Shown here piece by piece: positions 11,255 to 24,200 of a stretch of DNA of 64,000 nt (position 1 is the first letter of the stretch; each line of letters begins with the position of its first letter). Source of the stretch: Mobula hypostoma (taxonomy: Eukaryota); contig NC_086109.1 in the NCBI RefSeq assembly GCF_963921235.1, positions 31,808,001 through 31,872,000 of the forward strand. The letters run 5' to 3'. Made by a program: the position numbers and the translations under genes. Under the pieces are notes generated by a model that was given only the letters and a program-made list of their open reading frames with translations, did no database searches and was not told where the DNA came from.

Positions 11255-13310
11255 GAATCATAGATTCATAGAAACTTACAGCACAGGAACAGGCTTTTTG
11301 GCCTATCTATTCCATGCCAAACCATTTATACTGCCTACTCCCATTGACCTGCACTGGCATCATAGCCCTCCATATCCCTACCATCCATGTACCTATCCAA
11401 ACTTCTCTTAAATGTTGAAATCAAGCTTGTACTGGCAGCTCGTTTCACACTCTCACGACCCTCTGAGTGAAGAAGATTCCCCTTATGTTCCCCTTAAACT
11501 TTTCACCTTTCAACCTTAACCCATGACCTCTAGCTGTAGTCCCACCAACCTCAGGGAAAAAAGCCTGCTTGCATTTAGCTGTTTATACTCCTCATAATTT
11601 TGTATACCTCTATCAAATCTCCCCTCAATTTTCTATGTTCCAATGAATAAAGTCCTAACGTATCCAATCTTTCCTTATAAATGAGGTCCTCCAGACCTGG
11701 CAACATCCTTGTAAATTGCCTCTGTATTCTTTCAACCTTATTTTTTCACATCTTTCTTGTAGTTATGTGACCAAAGCTGTACATAATACTCCAAATTAGG
11801 CTTCACCAATGTCTTATACAACTTCAGCATAACTTCCCATCTCCTCTACTCAATACTTTGATTTATGAAGCCCGATATGCCAAAAGCTTTCTTTACCTGT
11901 GATGCCTCTTTCAATGAATTATGGACCGACATTCCCAGATCTTTTGTTCTACCATACCCCTCAGGGCCCTACTATTCACTGTGTAAGTCCTACCCTGTTG
12001 GTCTTACACAGTGCAAAACCTCACACTTGTCCACATTAAATGCCATCTTCCACTTTTCAGCCCATTGTTCCAGCTAGTCCAGATCCCGCTTCAAGCCAAG
12101 ATAGCCTTCCTTGCTCCCCACTACACACCCAATCTTTGTATCATCTGCAAATTTGCTGATTCAGTTTACCACATTATCATCCAGACCATTGATATAGATG
12201 ACAAACAACAACGGACGCATCACCAATCCCTGTGGCTCTCCAGTAGTCACAGACCTCCAGTCAGAGAGGCAACCATCTTCTACCACACTCTGGCTTCTCC
12301 CACAAAGCCAATGTCTAATCCAGTTTACTACCTCATTGTGAATGCCTAGTGACTGAACTTTCTTGACGAACCTCTACTGTGGGACATTGTCAAATGTCTT
12401 AATCGAGTCCATGTAGACAACATCCACTGCCTTTCCTTCATTAACTTTCCTGGTCACTTCCTTGACAAATTCTATAAGATTGGTTAGACATGACCTACCA
12501 CAGACAAAGCCATGCTGACTATTCTTAATCAGTCCATGTCTATCCAAATACTAATATATCTGCTCCCTTAGAATGCCTTCCAATAACTTTCCCACCGTTG
12601 ATGTCAGGTTCACCAGCCTGTAATTTCTTGGTTTATTTTTGGACCTTTCTTAAACCGTGGAGCAATACTGGTTAGCCTCTAATCCTCAGGTACCACACCT
12701 GTGGCTAAAGATTATTTAAATATCTCTGCTAGGGCCCTGGCAATTCCTACACTTGCCTCCTGCAGGGTCTGAGGGAAGATCTGGTCTAGCCCTGCGGATT
12801 TATCCAACCTAATTTCCCTCAGGACAGCAAACACCTCCTTGTCTCGAACCTGCATAGGGTCTACGAAGTTGATGCTGCTTTGCCTCGCTTCTATAGACTC
12901 TGTGTCCATCTCTTGAGTAAATACAAATGCAAAAACTTCATTTAAGATCTCATCCATCTGTTTTGGCTCCATATATGGATTACCATTCTGATCTTCCAGG
13001 TGGCCAATTTTGTCCATTGCAATCCTTTTGCTCTTAGAATCCCTTAAGATTCTCCTTCACCTTGTCTGCTAGGGCAACCTCATCCCTTTTTTTAGCCTTC
13101 CCTTCCTAATTTCTTTCTTAAGTGTTCTCATTTCTTGCACTCCATAAGCACCTCATTTGTTCCTACCTGCCTATTCTTACTATGCATCTCATTATTTTTC
13201 CTTAACCAGGCCCTCAATATCTCATAAAAACCAAAGTTCCCTACACTTGTTATCTTTAACTTTTAATCCAGCAGGCACATACAAGTTTTGTACTCTCAAA
13301 ATTTAGCTGA
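11255..13310 (-). mobile_element. CR1 LINE ORF2 fragment with 3' tail
   Basis: ORF 12712-13017 (EILNEVFAFVFTQE..DKSAGLDQIFPQTL) and RT motif remnants; tandem TAGAATCA-type tail at the left end. Confidence 0.85.
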
Positions 13311-15019
13311 AGACTTAAGCATAAATATTTAAATAAATAATAGAGCACAAAAACCAGAATCACTGAACTGTTTTAGAACCAAAGAGCGAACATGAATGAA
13401 CAAACAGGATACTTTATTCTAATCAGTGTGAATTCTCTCACAAATCCATGCGTAAATTCTCAGTATCAAATACTGAAATTAATTTTTATGATGCATTATC
13501 TCAATAAAAGAAAGTCCAGAACAAGGAAATCCCAAACTGAAACCAATGATCCAGACAAGTCATTTAAACAACTGAATGAAAAATCACAAAGCTTCTCTCC
13601 ATGTTTATGGGTGAGTTGCAAGTTTTTGTGGAACTGAATTGTTCTTCTATCTCCAAAATCCCATATGTTGTTTTGAGGAAAATAAGGGATAATCAAAAGC
13701 CATAAGCACCAAAGCATATCCTTGAAAAGAAATCATTGTGATCTATATTTCTGAGTCCAGAAATCCCCTATATTCTCTATAATTCTGCCATATAGAACAC
13801 TATGGATCAACTCCATTAATTAATTTTAGCTGTGAACCACTAAAATGAGATCTTTGTAGAAAAGAACTGAATAGGTATATTTCATCATTTGGCCCATTTC
13901 AATCAGTATCCAGTGACTATCGTCAAAGTGGTCCAAAGTGAGGGCAAGGAGGTGTGTTTTTCTGAGCTACCCTCATGTTCATGTAGACTGCAGAGACTCA
14001 GGCGTGAATATTGATAGCTTGGTGAAGCTACCAAAAGTTATATGCTATCTGCAAGATGTGCAGCCAATAGTTTGTGCTTTCAGAGCCATCAGAATAAATA
14101 CACGGTGACAAAGCAGTTAAAGCTGCTGCCTTATAACCTAATTGACTGGGGTTGATTCTGATTTCAACCGTTGCCTAGGTAGGTCACTGCTCAGTGTTCC
14201 ACCTTCCTCCCACACCCTAGAGATGTTCTGGTAGGTTAATTGGTTGCTGTAAATTATACTTTAAGGTAGGGAAGTGTCAAAAAGGATCAAAAATGAACTG
14301 ATGGGCTCGTGAGAGTGAATAGGTTACAGAGGTACAAGGAAGTTAGGAAAGGGGTATTCAGACATGGGATTAATCTGCTAGAGATAGCAAGCCCCTCTTT
14401 TTTGCTTCTCCACAAAAATAGCGTTGCTATAGCTTTTTAAAGGGAATTATAATATATTGTGAAACAGTCCACAAAATGTAAATTCTGAAGAACTGTAAAT
14501 TTATTCAGAAATCTCAGATCATTTCTTATTACCTAGTTTTTCTTTCTGAGAAACTACAGATCATAATTATTTTAAGTGAAGGCAACAAGTGCAAGCAACT
14601 TTCTCTGCAAATTTGTGTCCATCGTTTCCTTTAAGTTGACAGATGATCAAAGAAGTAATTGTGCAGAAGGCTTGTTGGGTGACTCACACAGTAACTACTC
14701 TGGCCAATTATTAAGCAAGCCCGAAACACAATACCAAACAAATTTTGATCATCAACCCTCACTGATTATTACAGGAAAATTGTACTAGGAAGGGAAAGAA
14801 AGCATGGTGATAACTGCATCCAAGTTACTAAATGATGCTTGCTGACAAATGCACAACACAGACACTAAATGAGGGCTTTATTTAGTTCTGGATGCAAATT
14901 TCCCCAAACTTTCATTTGTTTAGATTGAATTCATCAAGAATGTAGATAATGTTACCAGAAAATATTGTCTCCATACCTCTGATGTTAAATCTCCTCCTTC
15001 AAACCATAATAAATCTATT

Positions 15020-15024
<5 letters not shown>

Positions 15025-15108
<84 letters not shown>
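15025..15108. repeat. Compound (CT)n(CA)n microsatellite
   Basis: Directly visible. Confidence 0.97.
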
Positions 15109-15112
<4 letters not shown>

Positions 15113-15535
15113 TACAATTTGTAGAGGGGAAATTTTGGAAAAAAAAGCTAAGTATAAATAAATTGCAAATTATAACATCCATGAATCTTGCTTATAATTA
15201 AAACAAATCTCGTTTGCAATCAACCTAGGAGCATAACTGCAAGAAATTAATATCAACGGGGTAAAGAAAGAACCATAGCCCCCTTTTATGCTCAGCACTT
15301 GAAATTACAAAGAGCATTGGAGTGCTGGTATGCTGTATCAGAAGTAAAAGGTTTTAAGTGAATAGTTGTTAGTTATTCAATTTTAGCCTCCTTGCTGAAA
15401 AATTCCTAGCAGAAAAGAAACTGACACTGTTATTAGCAAACAACAGGAATTCTGCAGATGCTGGAAATTCAAGCAACATACATCAAAGTTGCTGGTGAAC
15501 GCAGCAGGCCAGGCAGCATCTATAGGAAGAAGCGC

Positions 15536-15571
15536 AGTTGACGTTTCAGGCCGAGACCCTTCGTCAGGACT
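15536..15571 (-). ncRNA. Minimal type-I hammerhead ribozyme (one stem I mismatch)
   Basis: Minus strand AGTC-CTGACGA-AGG(GTCTCGG)CCT-GAAA-CG-TC-AACT. Confidence 0.6.
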
Positions 15572-16107
15572 AACTGAAGGAAGAGTGAGTAAGGGATTTG
15601 AAAGCTGGAGGGGGAGGGGGAGATGCAAAATGATAGGAGAAGACAGGAGGGGGAGGGATGGAGCCGAGAGCTGGACAGGTGATAGGCAGAAGGGGATACG
15701 AGAGGATCATGGGACAGGAGGTCCGGGAAGAAAGACGGGGGGGGGTGACCCAGAGGATGGGCAAGAGGTATATTCAGAGGGACAGAGGGAGAAAAAGGAG
15801 AGTGAGAGAAAGAATGTGTGCATTAAAAAGTGTACCCCATCTGTTACTCTTTTTAATGCACACATTCTTTCTCTCACTCTCCTTTTTCTCCCTCTGTCCC
15901 TCTGAATATACCTCTTGCCCATCCTCTGGGTCACCCCCCCCCGTCTTTCTTCCCGGACCTCCTGTCCCATGATCCTCTCGTATCCCCTTCTGCCTATCAC
16001 CTGTCCAGCGCTCGGCTCCATCCCTCCCCCTCCTGTCTTCTCCTATCATTTTGCATCTCCCCCTCCCCCTCCAGCTTTCAAATCCCTTACTCACTCTTCC
16101 TTCAGTT

Positions 16108-16143
16108 AGTCCTGACGAAGGGTCTCGGCCTGAAACGTCGACT
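16108..16143 (+). ncRNA. Minimal type-I hammerhead ribozyme (PLE-type)
   Basis: AGTC-CTGACGA-AGG(GTCTCGG)CCT-GAAA-CG-TC-GACT: CUGANGA/GAAA/UH core, stem I AGUC:GACU, stem II AGG:CCU, palindromic ACGU stem III. Confidence 0.78.
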
Positions 16144-16244
16144 GCGCCTCTTCCTATAGATGCTGCCTGGCCTGCTGCATTCACCAGCAACTTTGATGTA
16201 TGTTGCTTGAATTTCCAGCATCTGCAGAATTCCTGTTGTTTACA

Positions 16245-17890
16245 CTAGATTACTGTTTATTGAATACAGCTCTCTCTTCAATGCTGTAATTCCAAGCAAA
16301 CTCATCTCCAAACTCCTGGACCTAGGACTCAACACCTGCCTTGTAACTAGATTCTTGACTTCTTGAGTAATGGCCTGCTTCTGGTAAATGGCGACGCGTT
16401 CAGTCGCTGCAGCTTCTGCAGGGTCAACAAAAGAAGCTACTGTTGTAACTAAATGTATTTTTAATGATCACACAATCCTGCTGAATATTAAGAACTTAAA
16501 GTACTGCAAGTTGCTTGCAGGCGGAGAAATTGAAGAAGCTGCACCATGTGCTGCTGCCTGAGTTGAAGGAGGCTTATAGTCCAATGGCAAGTGACCACCT
16601 CAGTCGCGTTTCTTGTCATCGCAAGACCCTTTTGGATATCGTCAGTGTGGAATGCCGTAAGTTCAATTTGCTGATTTGTTGGCGGAGAGCAATGGCCTCG
16701 GTCGTAGCGAGGACAAGGCCTCAAGCCACAGTGTCACCTGTCCACAGCCACCAGAAGAGAGGCGTTGTAGCCGGCGCACTCCACTGGGGGCAGCGTGGTG
16801 CAGCATTCAGGCTGGAGCTGGTGCAGCAGAACAATGGATTCAAGGCCTGGGCAATAAATATATATGTTTTGTGTAATTATATTTTACCAATATCCTATAT
16901 GAACTTGCTATTTTGTATATGCAAGGACTAGGCCTCAAACCACGGTGTCACCTGTTTACAGCTCCCAGGGAGAGGCGTCGGTGCTGGTGTGGCACCGTGT
17001 CCAGGCTGGAGTCGATGCTGCCCCCGACCCCCACCCCCAGTGTTCGTTCAGCTGAAGACAAGCTTTGTTGTAGTCATCTGCAGATTTTGGCAGTGTTGGA
17101 CGGCTTGCGTTTGGTCTATTTTATAGAGTGGCTGTATCTTTCTATCTTATAGAGTAAGTGCTATGTGTGCTTTGTGCTGTGTGTGACTACTGGTGTTGTG
17201 TTTTGCACCTTGACCCCAGAGTAACATTGTCCTTTTTGGCTGTATTCATGAGTCTCATGTATGGTCGAATGACAATTAAACTTGAATTAAATTGAATTGA
17301 ATCAGTAAGGATGGGCATTAAACCTCCACAATTATTCTCAACACTGTGGTAGATATGGGTTCAATTATAACACTGAAGATAAGTTTGGTTAGGTACATAG
17401 ATGGGAAGGGTTTGGAGGGATGTAGTCTGGGTTCAGGTAGGTAGGCGGAAGATCAAGTCAGTATGGAATACTTCGGTTGAAGGGCCTGTTTCTACAGTCT
17501 GTGACTGGTGCCCCATAAGGCTGCGGCCTCAGTCACCTAACTACTCCTTATAGACTCATAGCTGAGTAGCCAGGTTGAAATTTAACTCCATTTTCAAGTT
17601 TGCAGATGATACCACTGTAGTGGGCATATCTCAAATAACAATGAGCCAGAGTACAGGAAGGAGACAGGGAGCCTAATGACATAGTATCCCCTCAATGTCA
17701 GCAGAATACAAAAGAACTGGTCACAGACTTTAAGAAGTGGGTTTGATGGGGTGCTGCATGTTCTCCTGTTTGCATTAACGGTGCTGAGAGCTTCATGTTC
17801 AAGTATGTAGATACTACAAACAAAAAAAGCTTCAGAGCAGCTCAACTTCTTCAGGAGGCTGAAGAAATTGGGCATAACACCTTTAACTCT
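16245..17890 (+). mobile_element. Old Rex1/Babar-like LINE RT fragment interrupted by an unclassified repeat (~16372-17300) and a CR1 tail
   Basis: LLFIEYSSLFNAVIPSKLISKLLDLGL at ~16250; KFADDTTVVG at ~17597; RRLKKLG at ~17853. Confidence 0.7.
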
Positions 17891-18356
17891 CTACCCTAGA
17901 GTAGAGGAGGCCGTGGATAATCTTTACAGTAGAGGAGGCCGTATCCACGGCCTCCTCTACTGTAAAGATGAAGCCACACTCAGGTTGGAGGAACAACACC
18001 TTATATTCCGTCTGGGTAGCCTCCAACCTGATGGCATGAACATTGACTTCTCTAACTTCCGCTAGGCCCCACCTCCCCCTCGTACCCCATCTGTTACTCT
18101 TTTTAATGCACACATTCTTTCTCTCACTCTCCTTTTTCTCCCTCTGTCCCTCTGAATATACCTCTTGCCCATCCTCTGGGTCACCCCCCCCGTCTTTCTT
18201 CCCGGACCTCCTGTCCCATGATCCTCTCGTATCCCCTTCTGCCTATCACCTGTCCAGCTCTTGGCTCTATCCCTCCCCCTCCTGTCTTCTCCTATCATTT
18301 TGCATCTCCCCCTCCCCCTCCAGCTTTCAAATCCCTTACTCACTCTTCCTTCAGTT

Positions 18357-18392
18357 AGTCCTGACGAAGGGTCTCGGCCTGAAACGTCGACT
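18357..18392 (+). ncRNA. Minimal type-I hammerhead ribozyme (PLE-type)
   Basis: Identical to the 36-nt motif at 16108-16143. Confidence 0.78.
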
Positions 18393-19549
18393 GCGCTTCT
18401 TCCTATAGATGCTGCCTGGCCTGCTGCGTTCACCAGTAACTTTGATGTATGTGACACTGATATTAGTATTGGTTTATTATTTTCAAATCCATCAAGATGC
18501 ATTGAAAAGTTTGTCTTGCTTGCTGCTCATACCAATTACACAGTGCGTTGTGGTAGCATCAGGCAAACCAATAACAATGCAGAATAAAGTGTAAGCAATA
18601 CTGGAAAAAGTGCGGTAGAGGTAAACAATAGTGTGCAAGATCATTACAAGGTAGATTATGAGGTCAAGAGCCTATTTCATCATACAAGAGTCTCTTCAAG
18701 AGTCTGATAACAGTGGGAGAGATAATGTTCTGGAGCCTCTTGATATGTGCTTTCTGTTTTTGAATCTTCTGCCCAATTGGGGAGGGGGCAAAGAGAGAAT
18801 GCCCAGGGTGGATGGAGTCTTTGGTTATGCTTTACTGAGTCAGTGACAAGTATAGACAGAGTCCAGAGAGAGGAAGCTGGTTCCCCTGATGCGCTGTGCT
18901 GTCACCACAACTCTTTGCAGTTCCTTGCAGTCATGCTTGAAGTTCAGTATTCAAAGTTAAATATATTATCAAATACAACCCTGAGATTCATTTTCTTGTG
19001 GGCAATCACAGTAGATACAAGAAGCACGATCGAATCAGTGAAAGACTACATCCAACAGTAAAGACAAATAACAATGTGCAAAAGACAATAAACTGTGCAA
19101 ATACAAAAGAAAGAGAAAAAAATAAAGAAATAATAATGACAAATGAGCAACAAATATCAAGAACTTGAGATGGAGTCCTTGAAAGTGAGTACATAGGTTG
19201 CGGGAAGAGGTTAGTGACGGGGCAAGTGAAGTTGAGTGAGGTTATCCCCTCTGGTCCAAGAGCCTGATGGTTGAGGGGTAATAACTGTTCCTGAATCTGG
19301 TGGTGAGAGTCCTAAGGCTCCTGTACCTTCTTTCTGATGGCAGCAGTGAGAAAAGAGCATGTTCTGGGTGGTGGAGGTCCCTGATGATGGATGCTACTTT
19401 CCTGCAACAGCATTTCCTGTAGATGTGCTCAATGGTGGGGATGGCTTTACTCATGTTGGATGGGGCTGTATCCACTCCCTTTTATAGGCTCTTCTGTTTA
19501 AAGGCATTGGTGCTTCCATACCAGGCCATGATGTAATCAGCCTTGCTTG

Positions 19550-20410
19550 TGTTACGTACCCCGTAACTGGGTTGCCAAACCAGCAGAAATGGATCACTCA
19601 GTTGGAGTCTGGAGTACTAGAACTAAGAAAGTTTTATTAAAGAAACAAGCAACACAGTAATCGAAAGGATAATAAATGCAACAATTCAACAATGATAACC
19701 ACACATGTGCACAGAATTAAGATAACAGCATCAATCAAGCTCTATCGTTGTCTAGGGGTAAATGACCAATTTCAAAATGACTCAAAGTTCAGTCCAGTTT
19801 GTAGTTCAGTTCGCAGTAATCGTTGCCATGGCGATGGACAAGGTGGGGGAAGAGAGACAGAATAGGAACAACTGATCATTCAGAACACTGCTTCACTCAC
19901 AGACCAGCGGGATGGCTCACAAACAGCATTTGGGCGGGTCCTTGGTGATGTCACCTGAGGTCACCGACTGTGACCCCTCCTCCAGATGCGGTCGATCCTC
20001 TGCAGTGAACCCGGCACCCAGGCAAGGGCGGACACACACCGGGTTCCCGCTGATCGTACCTTTCCACCCTTGTCGTTGTCTGGCACTTCTCACCCACTCG
20101 TGAGAGGCGCACCGCTTCCAGGGTCTCGTTACCTCGGGTGGCGTGTGTCTCTGTCTTAGCGAACCTGTCCCTTTTTATCCCCCTGCTGGGGTATCGCCTG
20201 TCCATCACTTCAAACAGTTCAGGGTTCAAAGGGGGGGGAGCCGCTCCAGACAGCTCTCTCTCCCACATCCCTTCATTACACATCTCCAGACGCTGCTCCA
20301 TTGTTCCTTATCTCTCCTTCCCCTGAGGGCAGGTGGCAGACCAACTGCTGATGCCACTGATGCTAGCCCAGGCCAGCAAACATCTTAATTTTATGTGTAT
20401 TCTCGTAACA
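19550..20410 (-). mobile_element. Solo LTR (Gypsy-like), 861 bp
   Basis: Termini TGTTACG...CGTAACA; perfect 4-bp TSD CTTG; AATAAA on the minus strand near 19632. Confidence 0.88.
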
Positions 20411-20839
20411 CTTGATACTGGGTGGGAAGTTCTTGTTGTGACTGTGATCTGCAAGTAAAGAAGTCAAGGATCCAATTGGACATGGAGTATTGAGGCCTTG
20501 GTCTTGAAGTTTATTGATTTGTTTTGAGGGATGTTTGTATTGAATGCCCAGACGTAGTCAATGAAGAGTATCCTGACATATGCATCTTCGCAGGAGTTGA
20601 TATGCTTCATGACCAACCTCTCAAAACACTTCTTCACAGTGGATGCAAATGCTGTTGGAGAAGAATCACCAAGGCAGGTTACCTAATTTCTCTTAGGCAC
20701 TGGTATAAATGAAGCCTGATTGAAGCAGGTGGGTACCACGGAGTGCTGAAGCAAGAGGTTGAAGATATAGGTAAACACTCCAGAGTAGTGCACAGCTGCT
20801 GCCAAAACAATTGGTTATGTACTCAGGCAGAATGTTTTC

Positions 20840-21210
20840 TATGGTCATCCTCGTCATTATATGACATAGGCAAACTCTGACCATGATTGTTCTTGGCAAA
20901 TTTTTCTACAGAAGTAGCTTTCCATTACCTTCATCTGAGCGGTGTCTACAAGACAGGTGACCCCCCAGCCATTATCAATAATTTTCAGAGATTGCCCGCC
21001 TGGTGTCAGTGGTCACATAACCAGGACTTGTGATTTGCACCGGCTGCTCATATGACCATTCACCAGCTGCTCCGATGGCTTCATGTTACCCTGATCGTAT
21101 GTGGGGGGTGGGGGGGGGGAATAAGCAGGTGCTATACCTTTTTCAAAGGTGACCTGCATGCTAATTGAAGGAAGGAATGCCTTTCACCTCCTTTGCTGGA
21201 GACGTATCTT
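20840..21210 (-). mobile_element. RTE/Bov-B-related short non-autonomous element
   Basis: Resembles RTE-partner SINE text (CTTGGCAAATTTTTCTACAGAAGT..CCATTACCTTC); family assigned from recall. Confidence 0.5.
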
Positions 21211-24200
21211 ATATTTCAATGGTGCATTGATAATAAATTGCAGGGGTGTATGGAGACATGACAAATTTCATGAGCCTCTTGAACAATTAGAAACATTAGT
21301 GAGGTTTCTCGGTGATGACATCAATGTTGTTGGACCATAACAAACTATTGGTGATGTGCATACCTAGAAATTTGAAGCTCTTAACCCTCACAACCTTAAT
21401 GACATTGAAGCAAACAAGAGAATGTGCACTGCCCCCTTTCCAAAGTCCATCCCCAGCTCTTTTGTTTTGTTGACTTTGAGGGAAAGGTTGTGGTCATGAC
21501 AACCATCACAAAGCTCACTATCTCTTTCCTGTACAGCAATTCACCATTATTTGAGATGCAGCCCACTATGGTGATATTATCTGAAACATTGTGGATGAAG
21601 TTATAAATTATAGTTTTGTAGAGGGAGGTTCAGAAGTCCAGTTTCTGTAGCTGTTTGATTAGGACTGTAAGGATGATAGTGTTAAACGATGAGCTATAGT
21701 CAATAAAGAACATCCTGACATTGATATTTGGATTGTCCAGATGATCCAAGGATGTGTAGAAAGCCATTGAGATGCCATCTGCCATAGACCCCTTGTGGCG
21801 ATAGGCAAATTGCAGTGGGTCTGGGTCCTTGCTGAGGCAGGAGTTGATTCTAGCCATGACCAACCTCTCAAAGCATTTCATCACCATAGATGTGAGTGCT
21901 ACTGAACAATAGTCATCAAGGCAACTCACATTGATCTTCTTGGGTACTGGTACAATTATAGCCCTTTTGAAGCTGGTGAGAACCTCTGACCTTTGCTGTG
22001 AAAAATTGAAAATGGCTTGAATACCCTCACCAGTCAGTTAGCACAAGTTTTCAGAACATTACCAAGTACTCCTTCGGGGCATGCAGCCTTGTGAGGGTTC
22101 ACCTCCTGAGAGACATTCTGCTGTCTGCCTTCAAGAGAAAGATCACAGGGATCCTCATAGCTGTAGTTTTATTCTCCCTTTCGAAGTGAGCATCAAAGGT
22201 ATTGAGCTCGACTCGTAGTGAAGCATCACTACCATTCATGATGTTGGGTAATATATCTTATTGCTTGTTTTCTTATTAAAATTTAGCTGATTTATTTTGC
22301 AAAAGACTTTTCAAATATATTATAACTTCATTTTCAAAAGTATCTAGTTATTAATAATCACCATGACTGACATTTGAATAATCCATGCTATCTTGACAAC
22401 CATTCTGTGGTATAATATTAAGGAAGTTAACACAAAGTTCAGCCTTACAATTAAACAGTTAAAAAACAGAGGTAAATTGAAACAGAGTTACAAGTGCAAG
22501 CAAATCTCTTTTCTAAAGTAATATATTCTGACATTGTTTTACATAGCACTCAGGTTTTAACTAAGTATTTTGGATCAAAATGTAAAATTAATTACAGAAC
22601 AATTATTTTGAAGTAACGCAAGTGGGGTGAAGCCAATCAGTTCAGTTTTGTCACTGATAATATTGTACATAGGGCTTGCCAGGTTTACTGGACAATATCA
22701 ATCAGTCCTGTGTCTGACTTCCAGAACTGAATTTTGGGAGAGGAGGTCTGTGTGAAACAGAATCCTATTGTTATGAGATAAAAAGCAAGAACTAAAAAGA
22801 TTTTCATTCAGCTGTATTAACTTCATTCTAACACACCTTTTAAATTGTGCTGGAATTGTTCCCAAAATGTTGCAAACATTATCCAAATCTCTCACTGTAT
22901 GAACATTGCCAGAAGAGCCCTTTCCTCATGTTCATTTAACCAGCTTCCCAGATGTTATAGGTCCATTTCACATAAATTACTGGACACATAAAAAATTGTA
23001 ATAGGTCATCCATCCTACCTAGTTCCATAAAAGCATAAGATACGTTAACCAAAAGGAGCAGCATTTTTTTAAATGTTGAAACTGCCTGAGTGTCACAGAT
23101 AATAATGAAAGGTCAATGGTGATTCAGAACAAAACTTTAGCATCTGAATTCATAACATTCAGACTTTACTGTTGAGTTTCAGCACGCGAGTATGTCCCCA
23201 GAACAGGAGAGAAAGTAGAAATAGAAATTACATTTAGTTTATGCAGCAAACATTTCTGTTGAACTAGAGCTTGAAAACTCTTCTGAGGAACTTCATCACC
23301 TGAAATCATGTTGGCGACTATTTTGAATAAATTAATGGTGGTTTGACTTTATTTTCATGATTTTAATTATCTCCATCCCCCGACTCCAACAGATAAAACA
23401 GTGACTCATTTGCATTTCTCCAGTATTACATTCAGATGATGTGTTCCACCTGCTTTAGGGGAACCTACGCAGATTGTGTGAGCAACATTCCTTAACATTA
23501 TATCAGATGCTCATATTGTAGTTAACACTTGGTTAAGATCTCTTCTATTTTCACAGACACATTTACATAAAGAAAATCTTGTTTCTTTAATGTAGTTTGA
23601 AGTGGTTCACTGAAACTTAACTTTTCATTTAGTTATTTTCTCCAAATCGTAAATGTTTTCCAATTATGGTACTTCAATTTTTCTGTATATCTTTTTTTCC
23701 AACAAAACTTTAATTTTAACATATCATTTTATTCTTTTATTGGAAATCAGATTTTCAGCTATTAAAAAAGCTATGAATATCTCCAGCAATGTATAAACAA
23801 TAACTTGAAAATATCAAATGCATATTAGTCTTAACACTTCAGAAACAATAGCTCCAAAAATATGTTTCCTTGAATTTCAGTTGTTACTTCTATATCATAC
23901 CACTTTTTTTCTGTATATTTCCATGACATTGTTCAAGAAAACCTAACATATTATTATAATAATGTACGGAAAGAATGTAATATGTCCAACAAAAGAACGA
24001 AGCAGTGAATTATTTGACTACAGTGAAGCCAACATGTCTCTGTACCTTAATATAATTTTCACTGTTTTGGTACATTTCCAGCAGTCATTATTTAATTAAA
24101 ATAAAACAAATGTTTTCAAAATCTGCGGCTACATACTGAAAAATTACCAGATAAATAGGGTTCTCAAATTTAGGTAGTGGGGCATTATTTTCCGCAAAGC

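Larger units (their letters stand above)
15437..18451 (+). mobile_element. Composite Penelope-like insertion: inverted pLTR, direct pLTR, 1.66-kb foreign segment, then GIY-YIG end plus pLTR
   Basis: TSD TGACACTG(T/A)TATTAG at 15422-15436 and 18452-18466 (14/15); 393-bp palindrome arms 15438-15830 and 15849-16241; GIY-YIG C-terminal peptide HGLLYCKDEATLRLEEQHLIFRLGSLQPDGMNIDFSNFR at ~17946-18065. Confidence 0.8.
18467..22250 (-). mobile_element. Nested Rex1/Babar-like LINE fragments
   Basis: ORFs 19242-19475 (HALFSLLPSERRYRSL..FRNSYYPSTIRLL) and 21630-21929 (VALTSMVMKCFERLV..DPLQFAYR..FIDYSSSFNTI). Confidence 0.82.

Noticed and set aside
15383..16248. Mirror-image ORFs of 64-138 aa on both strands
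   Set aside because: Artefact of the PLE palindrome (non-coding pLTR).
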